A stretch of DNA of 63,677 bases, counting the filler, from Deltaproteobacteria bacterium (GTDB lineage: Bacteria > JAEEML01): NCBI GenBank assembly GCA_016283195.1. It is 5 parts of 5 records of this genome, joined end to end, with 100 filler letters (N's around TTAATTAATTAA, not from the genome) between each part and the next. Parts side by side here need not be neighbours in the genome. Positions count along the whole stretch, not along the records: positions 1 to 25,755 come from JAEEML010000023.1; positions 25,856 to 46,159 come from JAEEML010000152.1; 3 more parts are not named here. One strand, 5' to 3'. Below the pieces are notes generated by a model. The model made no database searches and had not been told where the DNA came from. It saw only the letters and a list, made by a program, of their open reading frames with translations. Below are positions 19,417-29,334 of the stretch, in pieces. Within the stretch, counting starts at the first letter, position 1, and each line of letters opens with the position of its first letter. The position numbers and the translations under genes were made by a program.

Positions 19417-20967
19417 ATGAGCGAACATATATTCCCCATCGGTATGCAAACATTTTCCAAAATTCGTGAGAGTAAAGCTATTTACATAGATAAAACTGCT
19501 CTTATTTATAAGCTGGTAAAAGAGGGCACAGTCTATTTTCTCTCCCGCCCGCGCCGCTTTGGCAAAAGCCTCTTAATCTCCACTCTGGAGGCCTATTTTA
19601 AAGGGCATAAAGAGCTTTTTACTGGCCTCGCCATGGAAAAACTGGAGAAGGAGTGGATAAAATACCCAGTTTTTAAGTTTGATATGAGTGTAGCAAAATA
19701 TCATGAAGATTTACAGCTACTTAGAGACGCTCTTGATGTCATGCTCGCCAGATATGAAGAGTTTTATGGCCGCAATGAAAAAGAGACTTCTCCCAGTCTG
19801 CGCCTCTCCGGCATTTTGGAACGCGCCCATGAAAAAACTGGACAGAAATGCGTTATTCTAATTGATGAATATGATGCTCCTCTTTTAGATACACTGGTAA
19901 ATACTGCAACTTTTCAAAAAGCCAGAACAATTTTGCGCGATTTTTACAGCCCCTTAAAAGCCGCCGATGCCCACCTGAAATTTGTTTTTTTGACCGGTAT
20001 TACTAAATTCAGCCAGCTTTCTATCTTTAGTGAGCTCAATAATCTCAAAAATATCAGCATGAAAGATGAATATGCCGCTCTTTGCGGCATCACCAAAGAG
20101 GAGTTAAAAACGGCCTTACAACCGGAAGTGGCAGAAATGGCCGCCAAGTTGCAAATTAGCTCTGAAGAGACTTATGAATTGCTCAAAAATATGTATGACG
20201 GCTACCACTTTAGTAAAAATTCGCCGGATATTTTTAACCCCTTTAGCCTCTTAAATGCTTTGCAGGATAAAGATCTTAATCATTATTGGTTCTCCACCGG
20301 CACGCCAACGCATCTCACCGAAATGGTTAGTAAATACACCTTAAGGCCGGAGGATCTGGAGGGCTTTCCGGCAAGCGAAGATATGTTTAATATCCCTACA
20401 GAAAATGCCGAAACGCCAATTCCCGTGCTCTATCAGAGCGGCTACCTCACCATAAAAGAATTTGATGACGGTGATTATATTTTGGGCTTTCCCAATAAAG
20501 AGGTGCGCATCGGCTTTTTAAAGGGGCTCATGCCTTATTATTCGGCTACCAGCAGAAACAGTAACGAAGTCTTCTTGCAAAAACTCACCCGCTTTTTTAA
20601 AAAAGGCGAAGTGGATGCGGCAATGGAGCTTTTACGCGCCTTTTTTGCTTCTATCCCCTACGATGCCGAAAAGCAGGACGAAAATCATTATAAAACCATA
20701 TTTTACCTTATCTTTCGCCTGGCTGCCGCCTTTAATGTAAGGACAGAAGAGCGCACTTCCGCCGGGCGCATAGATGCTCTTATTGAAACCAAAGAGACTA
20801 TATATCTCTTTGAATTTAAGCTAGAAGGCACAGCCGAAGAAGCTTTAAAGCAGATAGATGACAAAGGCTATGCCATAAAATATGCGGCCGGAGAGAAAAA
20901 GCTGGTTAAAATCGGGGTGAATTTTGACAAAGAGAAGCGCACTACCAATCGCTGGGTAATTGGGTGA
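19417..20967 (+). CDS. AAA-ATPase-like + PD-(D/E)XK nuclease (PDDEXK_9-type) protein
   Basis: YIDKT, FLSRPRRFGKSL Walker A, LIDEYD Walker B, and C-terminal GRID...FEFK...AL-QI...Y. Confidence 0.9.
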   Translation: MSEHIFPIGMQTFSKIRESKAIYIDKTALIYKLVKEGTVYFLSRPRRFGKSLLISTLEAYFKGHKELFTGLAMEKLEKEWIKYPVFKFDMSVAKYHEDLQLLRDALDVMLARYEEFYGRNEKETSPSLRLSGILERAHEKTGQKCVILIDEYDAPLLDTLVNTATFQKARTILRDFYSPLKAADAHLKFVFLTGITKFSQLSIFSELNNLKNISMKDEYAALCGITKEELKTALQPEVAEMAAKLQISSEETYELLKNMYDGYHFSKNSPDIFNPFSLLNALQDKDLNHYWFSTGTPTHLTEMVSKYTLRPEDLEGFPASEDMFNIPTENAETPIPVLYQSGYLTIKEFDDGDYILGFPNKEVRIGFLKGLMPYYSATSRNSNEVFLQKLTRFFKKGEVDAAMELLRAFFASIPYDAEKQDENHYKTIFYLIFRLAAAFNVRTEERTSAGRIDALIETKETIYLFEFKLEGTAEEALKQIDDKGYAIKYAAGEKKLVKIGVNFDKEKRTTNRWVIG

Positions 20968-21107
20968 AATTTTCTTCTATCACGGCCCAAGATAGCCCAA
21001 AAAACCGAACTTAAAAATGGCCCAAAATTTCACCGCACATTCTTTAAATAATCCTTGCATTTAATTCCACAATATGTTAGATAGCCTCGCCCCGACATGG
21101 AGTCGGG

Positions 21108-21183
21108 AGAACACACACTGGTAGCCCTCGCGGTGAGGTACTTATTTTGCTACCGGTGGCGGATTAACCGCAAGGAGTTTTGA
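21108..21183 (+). promoter_or_regulatory. rpsB (S2) leader, putative autoregulatory RNA structure
   Basis: ACACACAC-TGGTAGC...GCTACCG-GTGG-CGGATTAACC layout resembles known rpsB leaders and sits immediately 5' of rpsB. Confidence 0.55.
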
Positions 21184-22029
21184 ATGTCCTCAGTATCTAT
21201 GCGCAGTATGCTGGAAGCCGGTGCCCACTTTGGTCACCAAACCCAACGCTGGAACCCCAAAATGAAAAAATACATATTTGGGGCCAGAAACGATGTTTAC
21301 ATCATCGATTTGCAAAAAACCGTTCCCCTCTTTGAAAAAGCTTACAATGCTGTTTTAGAGCTGGCCTCGCACGGCGAAAAAATCATCTTCGTGGGCACCA
21401 AAAAACAAGCTCAGGAAGTGGTAAAACAAGAAGCTACCCGCTCCGGCCAATTCTTCATCAATAACCGCTGGCTTGGCGGTACCTTAACCAACTTCAAAAC
21501 CGTGCGTTCTTCCATCGAGCGCTTAAAATCCCTGGAAAAAATGGCCTCTGACGGCACCTTTGAGCGCCTCACCAAAAAAGAGGCAGTGGGGCTCGCCGGT
21601 GAAACCGAAAAGCTGGAAAAGAACCTCGGCGGTATCAAAGAGATGAATCGCCTCCCCGGCGCCATTTTTGTTATTGATACCATCCGCGAGCACATCGCTG
21701 TTTTGGAAGCCCGCAAACTGGATATCCCGGTTATCGCACTCCTCGATACCAACTGCGATCCCGATCTCGTTGATTTCCCCATCCCAGCCAACGATGACGC
21801 CATTCGCTCCATCCAGCTCTTTACCGCCGCCATTGCCGATGCTTGCATCGAAGGTGAGCGCATTTACCAAGAGTATTTGGCCACTCACAAAGAGAAAGAT
21901 GAAGACAAACGCCCGGCCAAAGGCGCCCGCGATGATCGCAAAGCCCGTGGCCCCAAAGTGGAGACCGTGCGCTCTGCTGATGCCGCCGCTCAAGAAAACG
22001 CCGAAGACAGCGCTGCTAGCGAAGCTTAA
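21184..22029 (+). CDS. rpsB: 30S ribosomal protein S2
   Basis: [28 protein letters not shown] and [10 protein letters not shown]. Confidence 0.99.
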   Translation: MSSVSMRSMLEAGAHFGHQTQRWNPKMKKYIFGARNDVYIIDLQKTVPLFEKAYNAVLELASHGEKIIFVGTKKQAQEVVKQEATRSGQFFINNRWLGGTLTNFKTVRSSIERLKSLEKMASDGTFERLTKKEAVGLAGETEKLEKNLGGIKEMNRLPGAIFVIDTIREHIAVLEARKLDIPVIALLDTNCDPDLVDFPIPANDDAIRSIQLFTAAIADACIEGERIYQEYLATHKEKDEDKRPAKGARDDRKARGPKVETVRSADAAAQENAEDSAASEA

Positions 22030-22052
22030 TTTTAAAGAAACGGAGAATTAAT

Positions 22053-22718
22053 ATGCCTGCATTTAGTGCTCAAGATGTAAAAAACCTGCGCGATGAAACC
22101 GGCGTAGGTATGATGGATTGCAAAAAAGCCCTCACCGAGTGTGATGGCGACCACGATAAAGCTGTCGAATATCTGCGCAAAAAAGGTCTGGCCAGTGCCG
22201 AAAAACGGGCCGGGCGCATTGCCGCTGAAGGCGTGGTTGGTAGCTACATTCACATGGGCGGTAAAATCGGCGTTTTGGTGGAAGTCAACTGCGAAAGCGA
22301 CTTTGTGGCCAATGGCGATATTTTTAAAGGCTTTGTCAAAGATGTGGCTATGCAAATCGCCGCCAGCAACCCCCGCTGGATTAACCGCGAAGATGTACCG
22401 GCCGATGTTTTAGAAAAAGAAAAAGAAATTTATATGGACCAGGCCCGCAAAGAGGGCAAGCCGGAAAAGATGCTGGAAAAGATCGTCGAAGGCAAATTGG
22501 TGAAAAAATTCTATGCCGAGAATTGCCTCGTTGATATGGCCTGCATTAAAGACGACAGCATGACCATCGGTGAGCTTTTAAGCACCATCGTCAGCAAAAC
22601 CGGCGAGAAAGTTTCTATCCGCCGCTTCACCCGCTATCAAATGGGCGAAGGCCTGGAAAAGCGCTCTAATGACCTCGCTGCCGAAGTGGCTGCCGAGATG
22701 GCCAAGTATTCCAAGTAA
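22053..22718 (+). CDS. tsf: Elongation factor Ts (short form)
   Basis: [16 protein letters not shown] and [11 protein letters not shown]; follows rpsB. Confidence 0.98.
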   Translation: MPAFSAQDVKNLRDETGVGMMDCKKALTECDGDHDKAVEYLRKKGLASAEKRAGRIAAEGVVGSYIHMGGKIGVLVEVNCESDFVANGDIFKGFVKDVAMQIAASNPRWINREDVPADVLEKEKEIYMDQARKEGKPEKMLEKIVEGKLVKKFYAENCLVDMACIKDDSMTIGELLSTIVSKTGEKVSIRRFTRYQMGEGLEKRSNDLAAEVAAEMAKYSK

Positions 22719-22769
22719 TCATTAATCCGTTATCCCTGTCATTATCTGCACATATATTTATATTGTTTC

Positions 22770-22827
22770 ATTTGTAGAGGCGCAAAATTTTGCGCCTCTA
22801 CAAATTACAAAATTTTGCGTCTCTACA
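22770..22827. repeat. GTAG-type REP-like palindrome (36-bp perfect) plus partial second copy; may act as bidirectional terminator
   Basis: ATTTGTAGAGGCGCAAAATTTTGCGCCTCTACAAAT at 22770-22805 and CAAAATTTTGCGTCTCTACA at 22808-22827, between convergent genes. Confidence 0.8.
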
Positions 22828-22874
22828 GACACATATATTCATATTGGGGCCAATATTGGTGAGGGCACAATATT

Positions 22875-24917
22875 TTATTTTCTGGTTTTTAAATTGGCGA
22901 GAAGAGCATCCAAATCGGCTAAATCTATAGAACTATATTTGGCAGTGGGACCAGGAGCCGGCGGCGGCGCAGGTTTGCTAAGCGGCGCTTCATCAATCTG
23001 GGGCAAAGGGGCAAACATCGGCTCATTTTGATATTGCAACTCAATAGTATCTTCCAAATCGGCTGAAACTTCACACTCCGGTAGCTCGCGAGTGGGAGCT
23101 ACCGGCACCATTATTGGAGTACTGTCATCTAGGCCATCGGTGACATCAACCGCTATCTCCGGCTCATTTTCCCCTTCACCGTCATCATCTATTGTTACAT
23201 CAAAGCCATCATCGGTAGATTCGGCGGCATCTTCGGCAAAATCGGCAGTAACATCTATTTCAGTAGCCGGAAGCGGCGCTTCGGGCTCAAAAGTCGTAGT
23301 CACGTCCGGCACAAGTTCTTCGGCAGCAGTAGGCACTTCCGGCTCAAATGTCGTAGTTACATCCGGCACAAGTTCTTCGGCAGCGGCAGTAGGCGCTTCG
23401 GGCTCAAATGTCGTAGTTACATCAGGCACAAGTTCTTCGGCAGCGGCAGTAGGCGCTTCGGGCTCAAATGTTGTAGTCACATCCGGCACAAGTTCTTCGG
23501 CAGCGGCAGTAGGCGCTTCCGGCTCAAATGTCGTAGTCACATCCGGCACAAGTTCTTCGGCAGCAGTAGGCACTTCCGGCTCAAATGTGGTGGTTACATC
23601 CGGAGAAACTTCATCAGCTAGACAGCCGCTCGCAGCTATTGCTTCCGGTGACAAAGCACTGGCTATATCGGGAGCGCTATAGGCCGGCTCCTCCTGAGCA
23701 GATGGCAAAGTTCCACCGGTAACTGCTGCCAAAAAGGCTTCGTTTTCTTCGCGGCTCACAGCCACAATCGGCTCTTCATCATCTTCCGGGCCATTTTCTG
23801 TGCTCTCCTCAGGCAGTGTTTCACCGGCTATATCTTCCATCACAGCGGCCGCAGCCGGGAAATTAGCACTATGCAACGGCGCCGCTGGCACCTCTTCCGC
23901 GGCGGGAGCTATTTCAATGCCCACTTCCGCAGCCTGAATAGTTTCGCTCTCTTCTTTAAACTCTTCCGCCGCTGTCTCAGCTACAGACTCTTCCGGCTGG
24001 ACAGCTTCTATAGCTTCAGCGGCGGCCAAAGCCTCATTTTCTTGAACTTCCGCTCGCGCTGCTTTAAGCGCCGCTTCGGCTTCTGCCGCCTGCTCCGGGC
24101 TGATAGTGAGTTCACCGAGGTTAGTGGTGACTTTATCCACAATCTCGCCAGTTACTTCGCGCGAGCCAGCAAAAAAAGCTTCCAAAAGAGCATTATCGCA
24201 AATGGTATTTATCACTCTGGGAATGCCGCCGCTGGCCAGATGCACTTTGGTAATAGCTTCAGGAGTAAATATGGGATAAGTAGCCCCGGCTTGCTCTAAT
24301 CTAAAATTGATATAAGCAGCGCTATTGGGCTCATCAAAAGGCGGCAGGCGATATTTTAAAGCCACACGCTGAGCCAGGGGCGGATCGAGCATCATGTGTT
24401 GCTCAAGTTCCGGGAGGCCAAAGAGGACAAAAGAAAGGAGCTTGTGGCCTGGCAGCTCAATATTTAAAAGGCCGCGAAATTCTTCCATAATTTCTTTGGT
24501 GGCCAACATTTGAGCTTCATCAATCAAAACCACAGCTTTGCGGCCGGCTTCGTGGATTTCCACCAGGCGCTGATAGAGGCGGTTAATAATAGTGAGCTTT
24601 TCTTCGCCGGGATCGGCCACGCCGAGTTGCATGGCAATGCGCCGGAGCAGCCAGGTGGCGCTGATGCCCTCGTGGACAATGATTAAAAGCGCGGCTTCAT
24701 AATTTTGCTCTAAGAGGTGATCCAAAAGGCGGCGGGCCAAAGTGGTTTTACCGTGGCCGATATTGCCGATGCAAACAGCCAGCCCCTTCATGCCGGAGGC
24801 TACATAAGTAAGCCTTTTTAGGGCTTCATCGTGCTGGGTGGAGTGGTAATAAAAGCGGCTCACCGGCGCATTGGCAAACGGTTCGCTCTGCAGGGAAAAA
24901 TGGTCTAAATAATCCAT
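22875..24917 (-). CDS. ExeA/GspA-family AAA ATPase with long acidic repeat tail
   Basis: YLDHFSL-x2-EPF, GNIGHGKTT, VLIDEAQ, LFGLPEL and SGGIPRVIN-x-ICDNAL; Glu/Ala/Pro-rich C-terminal half. Confidence 0.88.
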   Translation of the reverse strand: MDYLDHFSLQSEPFANAPVSRFYYHSTQHDEALKRLTYVASGMKGLAVCIGNIGHGKTTLARRLLDHLLEQNYEAALLIIVHEGISATWLLRRIAMQLGVADPGEEKLTIINRLYQRLVEIHEAGRKAVVLIDEAQMLATKEIMEEFRGLLNIELPGHKLLSFVLFGLPELEQHMMLDPPLAQRVALKYRLPPFDEPNSAAYINFRLEQAGATYPIFTPEAITKVHLASGGIPRVINTICDNALLEAFFAGSREVTGEIVDKVTTNLGELTISPEQAAEAEAALKAARAEVQENEALAAAEAIEAVQPEESVAETAAEEFKEESETIQAAEVGIEIAPAAEEVPAAPLHSANFPAAAAVMEDIAGETLPEESTENGPEDDEEPIVAVSREENEAFLAAVTGGTLPSAQEEPAYSAPDIASALSPEAIAASGCLADEVSPDVTTTFEPEVPTAAEELVPDVTTTFEPEAPTAAAEELVPDVTTTFEPEAPTAAAEELVPDVTTTFEPEAPTAAAEELVPDVTTTFEPEVPTAAEELVPDVTTTFEPEAPLPATEIDVTADFAEDAAESTDDGFDVTIDDDGEGENEPEIAVDVTDGLDDSTPIMVPVAPTRELPECEVSADLEDTIELQYQNEPMFAPLPQIDEAPLSKPAPPPAPGPTAKYSSIDLADLDALLANLKTRK
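23277..23613. repeat. Intragenic tandem repeat, about 6 x 57-60 bp (EELVPDVTTTFEPEAPTAA(A))
   Basis: GGCTCAAATGTCGTAGT(T/C)ACATCCGGCACAAGTTCTTCGGCAGC is repeated in tandem. Confidence 0.9.
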
Positions 24918-25031
24918 AGACGGCTCCTTCCATCAAGGCGCAAATATATAAGCACTCAAATGCAAAAAAGGCAAATACCTGTTTAATATTTTCTGCGGCA
25001 AAGCAGATAAAGTCACATTAAAGGCCAAGAC

Positions 25032-25755
25032 TCATTGGATGATAAAGAACTCAACATCTGCCACTTTGGAGGAAGAAGCATCATATAATTTGCACCAACC
25101 AGGAGAATCGCTTGGGCCTGAATCACCAACATAGTAACCAGTATAAGTATTAAGCTCTACATAATTAGTTGCTTTGGTGCCTGTTCTTACTTCACAGAAA
25201 ACCGAGCGATTGCCAAAAGCATGAGCAAAGACTAGGTAATTGGTACTGGGTAATGTTTTGCTAAAAGTAACTTTAAATACACCGGCAGCTGTTGCTGCTA
25301 TTGAACTCACTCCCTGGCTCGTTTTTATAGAAACAGAATTATAATCATTAAAACTTTCAAAACGTCCATAGGCTTTAATAATATGTACATCTGTCGCCAA
25401 ATCCTCAGTTTGCACAGCATGAGCTGCTATCTTTTCTGAAGTAATGGCATCTTTTTTAATATCACTGCTTTCCACACAGCCGCCACAATCGAGATCATGG
25501 GCTTTATCGGCCACTTCCGCCGTCACTGCCGCATTGGCATTTATAGCGCTAGTAGCCGGGCCGCCTTTACTAGAGGAGCCGGCATAATTAAAAGATATCT
25601 CGGTATCGCCAACGCTGCCGGGAGCAATTATTAAAGAGCCGCTGCTATTGCCCACATTTTGCAAAGTGGTTTGGATTTGCGGCGCAAGCTGCGTGAGGCC
25701 TACGCAGCCTTCACATTGCAAATCTTCAGCGCTTTCGGCTTTGGCGGCTAGGATG
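25032..25755 (-). CDS. C-terminal part of a fibre/adhesin-like protein (5'-truncated at gap)
   Basis: Frame open to the gap; two DL-x-C-x-GCV motifs, AITSEKIA-type short repeats and a C-terminal beta-rich domain. Confidence 0.6.
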
Positions 25756-25855
25756 NNNNNNNNNNNNNNNNNNNNNNNNNNNNNNNNNNNNNNNNNNNNT
25801 TAATTAATTAANNNNNNNNNNNNNNNNNNNNNNNNNNNNNNNNNNNNNNNNNNNN
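25756..25855. other. Assembly gap / artificial contig linker
   Basis: N-run containing TTAATTAATTAA (stops in all six frames). Confidence 0.97.
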
Positions 25856-25858
25856 AAT

Positions 25859-26176
25859 ATGGCCGATTCTATCGTCCCCAATCAGCAGGACGGCGCCAAA
25901 TTTGCCGAATTAAAGAATAATATTTCCGCACAATTCGGCGTTAAACTGTCTGAAAATGCCGGCGCCGGCGAAGTGAGCCTTTTGGCCGCTGTTGCTGCTT
26001 CCGGCGGCAATATCAAGGGCATGGTTGATAGTGAAGGCAATATCAGCGCCGACAAACTCATGGCCGGTGTAGCTACTGTGCTTCGCGATGGCAGTAAAGC
26101 TGTCAATACCGCCTCGGATATGGCTAGTGGTATCGGAATGCAGATGAATGCTTTCCGCACCATGATAAACAGGTGA
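25859..26176 (+). CDS. Ala/Gly/Ser-rich hypothetical protein, probably 5'-truncated; co-oriented with the filament-like array
   Basis: ORF begins 3 nt after the gap; codon usage resembles highly expressed genes; amphipathic C-terminal helix. Confidence 0.65.
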   Translation: MADSIVPNQQDGAKFAELKNNISAQFGVKLSENAGAGEVSLLAAVAASGGNIKGMVDSEGNISADKLMAGVATVLRDGSKAVNTASDMASGIGMQMNAFRTMINR

Positions 26177-26245
26177 TTTTATTAGGTTTGCACCCATAAA
26201 GGGTGTTTAAAGTTTTAAACTTTTTAGAAGTTAGAGGAGTGTAAG

Positions 26246-27664
26246 ATGAGTAGTATTTCAGCAACAAACAGTAGTTTTAACATGAACGTCAGCATGAACA
26301 TGAGTGTTAGCAGCAGCACCAGTTCTTCCAAGCTTTCTTCGCTTGGCGACAAACTTGGCAGCATTCAAGACAATGTCAATGCTCTGGTTGAAAAGCTGAT
26401 GGGCCAAATGGAAGCTTTGGGCGATGCCCGCGAAGCTCTCTCTGATGCCAAAGCTGCGCTTAATGCTCACAAAGCCGGCAAACCAGTTGCTCCCAAAGCC
26501 GAAGCCTACACCAAAGACGGCAAACTGGATGAAGACGCCTTTAAAAAGGCTCAAAGTGACTATAACACTAAAAACAGTGCTTGGGAGCAAAAACTCGGCC
26601 AATTGGAAGCCAGAGTAAATACTTGCGAAGGCAAAGTAAAAACCTGCGAAGCCGATGTTGAAAAGACCAAACGCGACATTAAGAGCAAAGAAAATGAGCT
26701 CGAAAGCGTAAAAAGCGAGCTGCGCCGTGAAATGGGCGCCAGCAGCAGTTCTAATTCCAGTAAAGTTGAAGGCGGCAACAGCGCTATTGATGATGGTGCC
26801 GAAGCTATTTTCAACAAAGCTACCGAATTGCAAGCCGAAATTAAAGCCGCTACCTTAAAAGCCAGCAACATGGCGGCTCATGTGGGCGGTCAAGTGCGCT
26901 CGGCTGCTATGTTTAGCCAAAGTGCCGGTGCTGCCGTATCCAGCGGCATTGCTGCCGGTGATAATAACGCTATGGTTTCTCCGCAAGCGCAAAATATCTG
27001 GAGCAATTATTCTGATGGCTTTAAAGCCGCTCAAGCTTCTGGCAATACTTCGGCTATGCAGAGCCAATTTGCCGCTTTTGTGAGCGATATTCACGCTAAC
27101 GGCATGCCGGTTGATGTGAATGCTCTGGTGCAACAGGTTCTCCGCGAGAGCTACCTTGACACCACCGAGGACCTCAAATTCTATGCTGATAAAGTGAAAT
27201 ACTTCAATGAAGCTAAAAAAGCTGTGCGTGGTTATGTACAGGATCTTCGTGATATGAAGACTAATCTCTCAAAGCATATGCAGAGCAAAGAGTTTTGCTT
27301 GTCTGATCCGCCGAGCGACAGTGGTGAGTTGAGTAAATTTAAAGGAGAGGTTGAATAGTTCTTTAATAATGAAGTTAGCGGTAAATATGAGAGTGATTTT
27401 AATAATGATTTAGGTATTTGTGATAAAATGGGCTACTACCTTAACGAAGAAGGTAAAGAGACCAAAATATCTACTGCTGACGAACTTGACAACCTGATTT
27501 CCAAATTTGAAGAAAAACTTTCCACTATCGGTGATGATGCTCAGCTGGCCAATACCGATTTGCAAAACATTTTGCAAAAACAGCAGCAGACACTCCAGAT
27601 GATGTCCAACATCTCCAAGATGCTCAGCGACACCGCTCTGGCTGTCATCCGCAAAATTGGCTAA
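26246..27664 (+). pseudogene. Filament-like secreted protein paralog 1, interrupted by one in-frame TAG at 27356-27358 (nonsense mutation, error or readthrough)
   Basis: ORFs 26246-27358 and 27428-27664 share a frame, and the 23 intervening codons are open (FFNNEVSGKYESDFNNDLGICDK). Joined, they give both conserved blocks of paralogs 2 and 3. Confidence 0.8.
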
Positions 27665-27718
27665 TTGATTTGATTAACTAAGGTTTATTAAAACCTTTAA
27701 CTTTAAAAGGAGTTTATC

Positions 27719-29263
27719 ATGAGAATCGAAGGACAAAATCTGCAAGCTATCCAACAAGTGAATGTCGCCAAGGTGGAGAAAAAGGAGGTTAAACAGCTCA
27801 GCACTTCTATGATCGAGAAGAAGGCTACCGGTTTTGCCGCTGCCGACAAGCTCGATAAGAGCAGTGGTGCCGCTGTAAGTTCCACAGTTACCAACAATGT
27901 TAATATTGAATCCAATGTATCTGTTGAGCAGAATGTTTATATTACCAATGTTTTCGTTAATATTCCCGGTTCTCATTCCATGTTGCGTGATGTTTCCGGC
28001 GCTGTTACTGCCGGTAATGCTCAAGTTGCATGTGGTAAATTTGAATCTTTTGTGAAAGATATTCACGATAATGGCATGCCGGTTGATGTGAATGCTCTGG
28101 TGCAACAAGTTCTTCGCGAGAGCTACCTTGACACCACCGAGGACCTGAAATTCTATGCCGATAAGGTGAAATACTTCAACGAAGCCAAGAAGATGACTCG
28201 CCAATATGTGCAAGACTTGCGTGATTTCAAAACAGGTCTATCCACTTTTATGAAGGATAATGATTTTTGTTTATCTGATCCTCCGTCTGATAAAGCGCAA
28301 TTGGCAAAATTTAATGAGTTAGTAGAAACATATTGTGCTCAGCATATTGGTACTGCCAAGCATGCCACAGGTAATATTAATGTGCAATATGCCGCTGTTA
28401 CTAGCATGGTGAATGATATTGCAAAACACCAGGCTATTGGTGATGTTTTGAATCGTGGCGACAAAATGATCAAAGATACTTTTGGTTGTGGATTGCCGCA
28501 AGAAATTAAAGATCACATTAAGACAGCTTTAACTAGTGGTAATGATGAAGTTATTAATGCTGCTATGAAAGAAGTGGCTCAATATGTTTCTTATCTTGGT
28601 GATGCCGCTGTTAAAGATGGCAAATTTGGTAAAGCTTCTAATGGTATTGATGATGTTAGCCACAAAAAAGGCTGTTCTTCTCCATGCTATGAAGATTTCC
28701 AATACTATATGACGAGCGATTCTAATAAAAGTGCGCGTTCTAACTTGTCATGCACTGGTGGTGACCAAGCACAAATAATGAAGGCCTTTGGCTTTGATTC
28801 AAGCGTTAATTTAACTACCTATACTTCTTTTGATAAAGTAGTTGAGACGGCTATGAGCCCGCTTCACGATGCTTGGAAAAACGAGGTGCTTATTGGGCAG
28901 GAAAAAACAACTGATGCAATTTACCAAGATATTATGAAGAATGGTAATAGCTCTGAATGGGCCAAAGCATATCCTGGTATTGTCCAAAAAGTTGTTGAAA
29001 ATTCTACGCAGAACAACCAGATGGCTGATGATATTGGCTTGCCGTCCACTATTCCTCCAACAGATGTTACCACTGTTGAAGAGCTTGACAACGCTATCAC
29101 CAAGTTTGAGGAAAAACTCTCCACTATCGGTGACGACGCCCAGCTCGCTAACACCGATTTGCAAAACATTTTACAGAAACAGCAACAGACACTCCAGATG
29201 ATGTCCAACATCTCCAAGATGCTCAGCGACACCGCTCTGGCCGTCATCCGCAAAATCGGCTAA
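27719..29263 (+). CDS. Filament-like secreted protein paralog 2 (conserved helical blocks, variable middle)
   Basis: GMPVDVNALVQQVLRESYLDTTEDLKFYADKVKYFNEAKK block and C-terminal ...IGDDAQLANTDLQNILQKQQQTLQMMSNISKMLSDTALAVIRKIG; AAAGGAG RBS. Confidence 0.85.
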   Translation: MRIEGQNLQAIQQVNVAKVEKKEVKQLSTSMIEKKATGFAAADKLDKSSGAAVSSTVTNNVNIESNVSVEQNVYITNVFVNIPGSHSMLRDVSGAVTAGNAQVACGKFESFVKDIHDNGMPVDVNALVQQVLRESYLDTTEDLKFYADKVKYFNEAKKMTRQYVQDLRDFKTGLSTFMKDNDFCLSDPPSDKAQLAKFNELVETYCAQHIGTAKHATGNINVQYAAVTSMVNDIAKHQAIGDVLNRGDKMIKDTFGCGLPQEIKDHIKTALTSGNDEVINAAMKEVAQYVSYLGDAAVKDGKFGKASNGIDDVSHKKGCSSPCYEDFQYYMTSDSNKSARSNLSCTGGDQAQIMKAFGFDSSVNLTTYTSFDKVVETAMSPLHDAWKNEVLIGQEKTTDAIYQDIMKNGNSSEWAKAYPGIVQKVVENSTQNNQMADDIGLPSTIPPTDVTTVEELDNAITKFEEKLSTIGDDAQLANTDLQNILQKQQQTLQMMSNISKMLSDTALAVIRKIG

Positions 29264-29334
29264 TTAGTTGCTTACTGTGACTTCCTTTTTCCTGTCTTTC
29301 GCTTTTATAACCAACAACTTATTAGGAGATTAAC

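Noticed and set aside
19417-20967. AAA-ATPase/PD-(D/E)XK gene as a novel defence system
   Set aside because: It belongs to a widespread multi-copy family in gut anaerobes, and it is solitary here with no partner genes.
23277-23613. Regularly spaced ~60-bp repeats resembling a CRISPR array
   Set aside because: Units are contiguous with no unique spacers, keep the reading frame inside a CDS, and there are no cas genes.
27356-27358. Genome-wide TAG reassignment or pyrrolysine use
   Set aside because: Several complete genes in the window end in TAG at their expected C-termini, and no pyl genes or CUA tRNA are visible.
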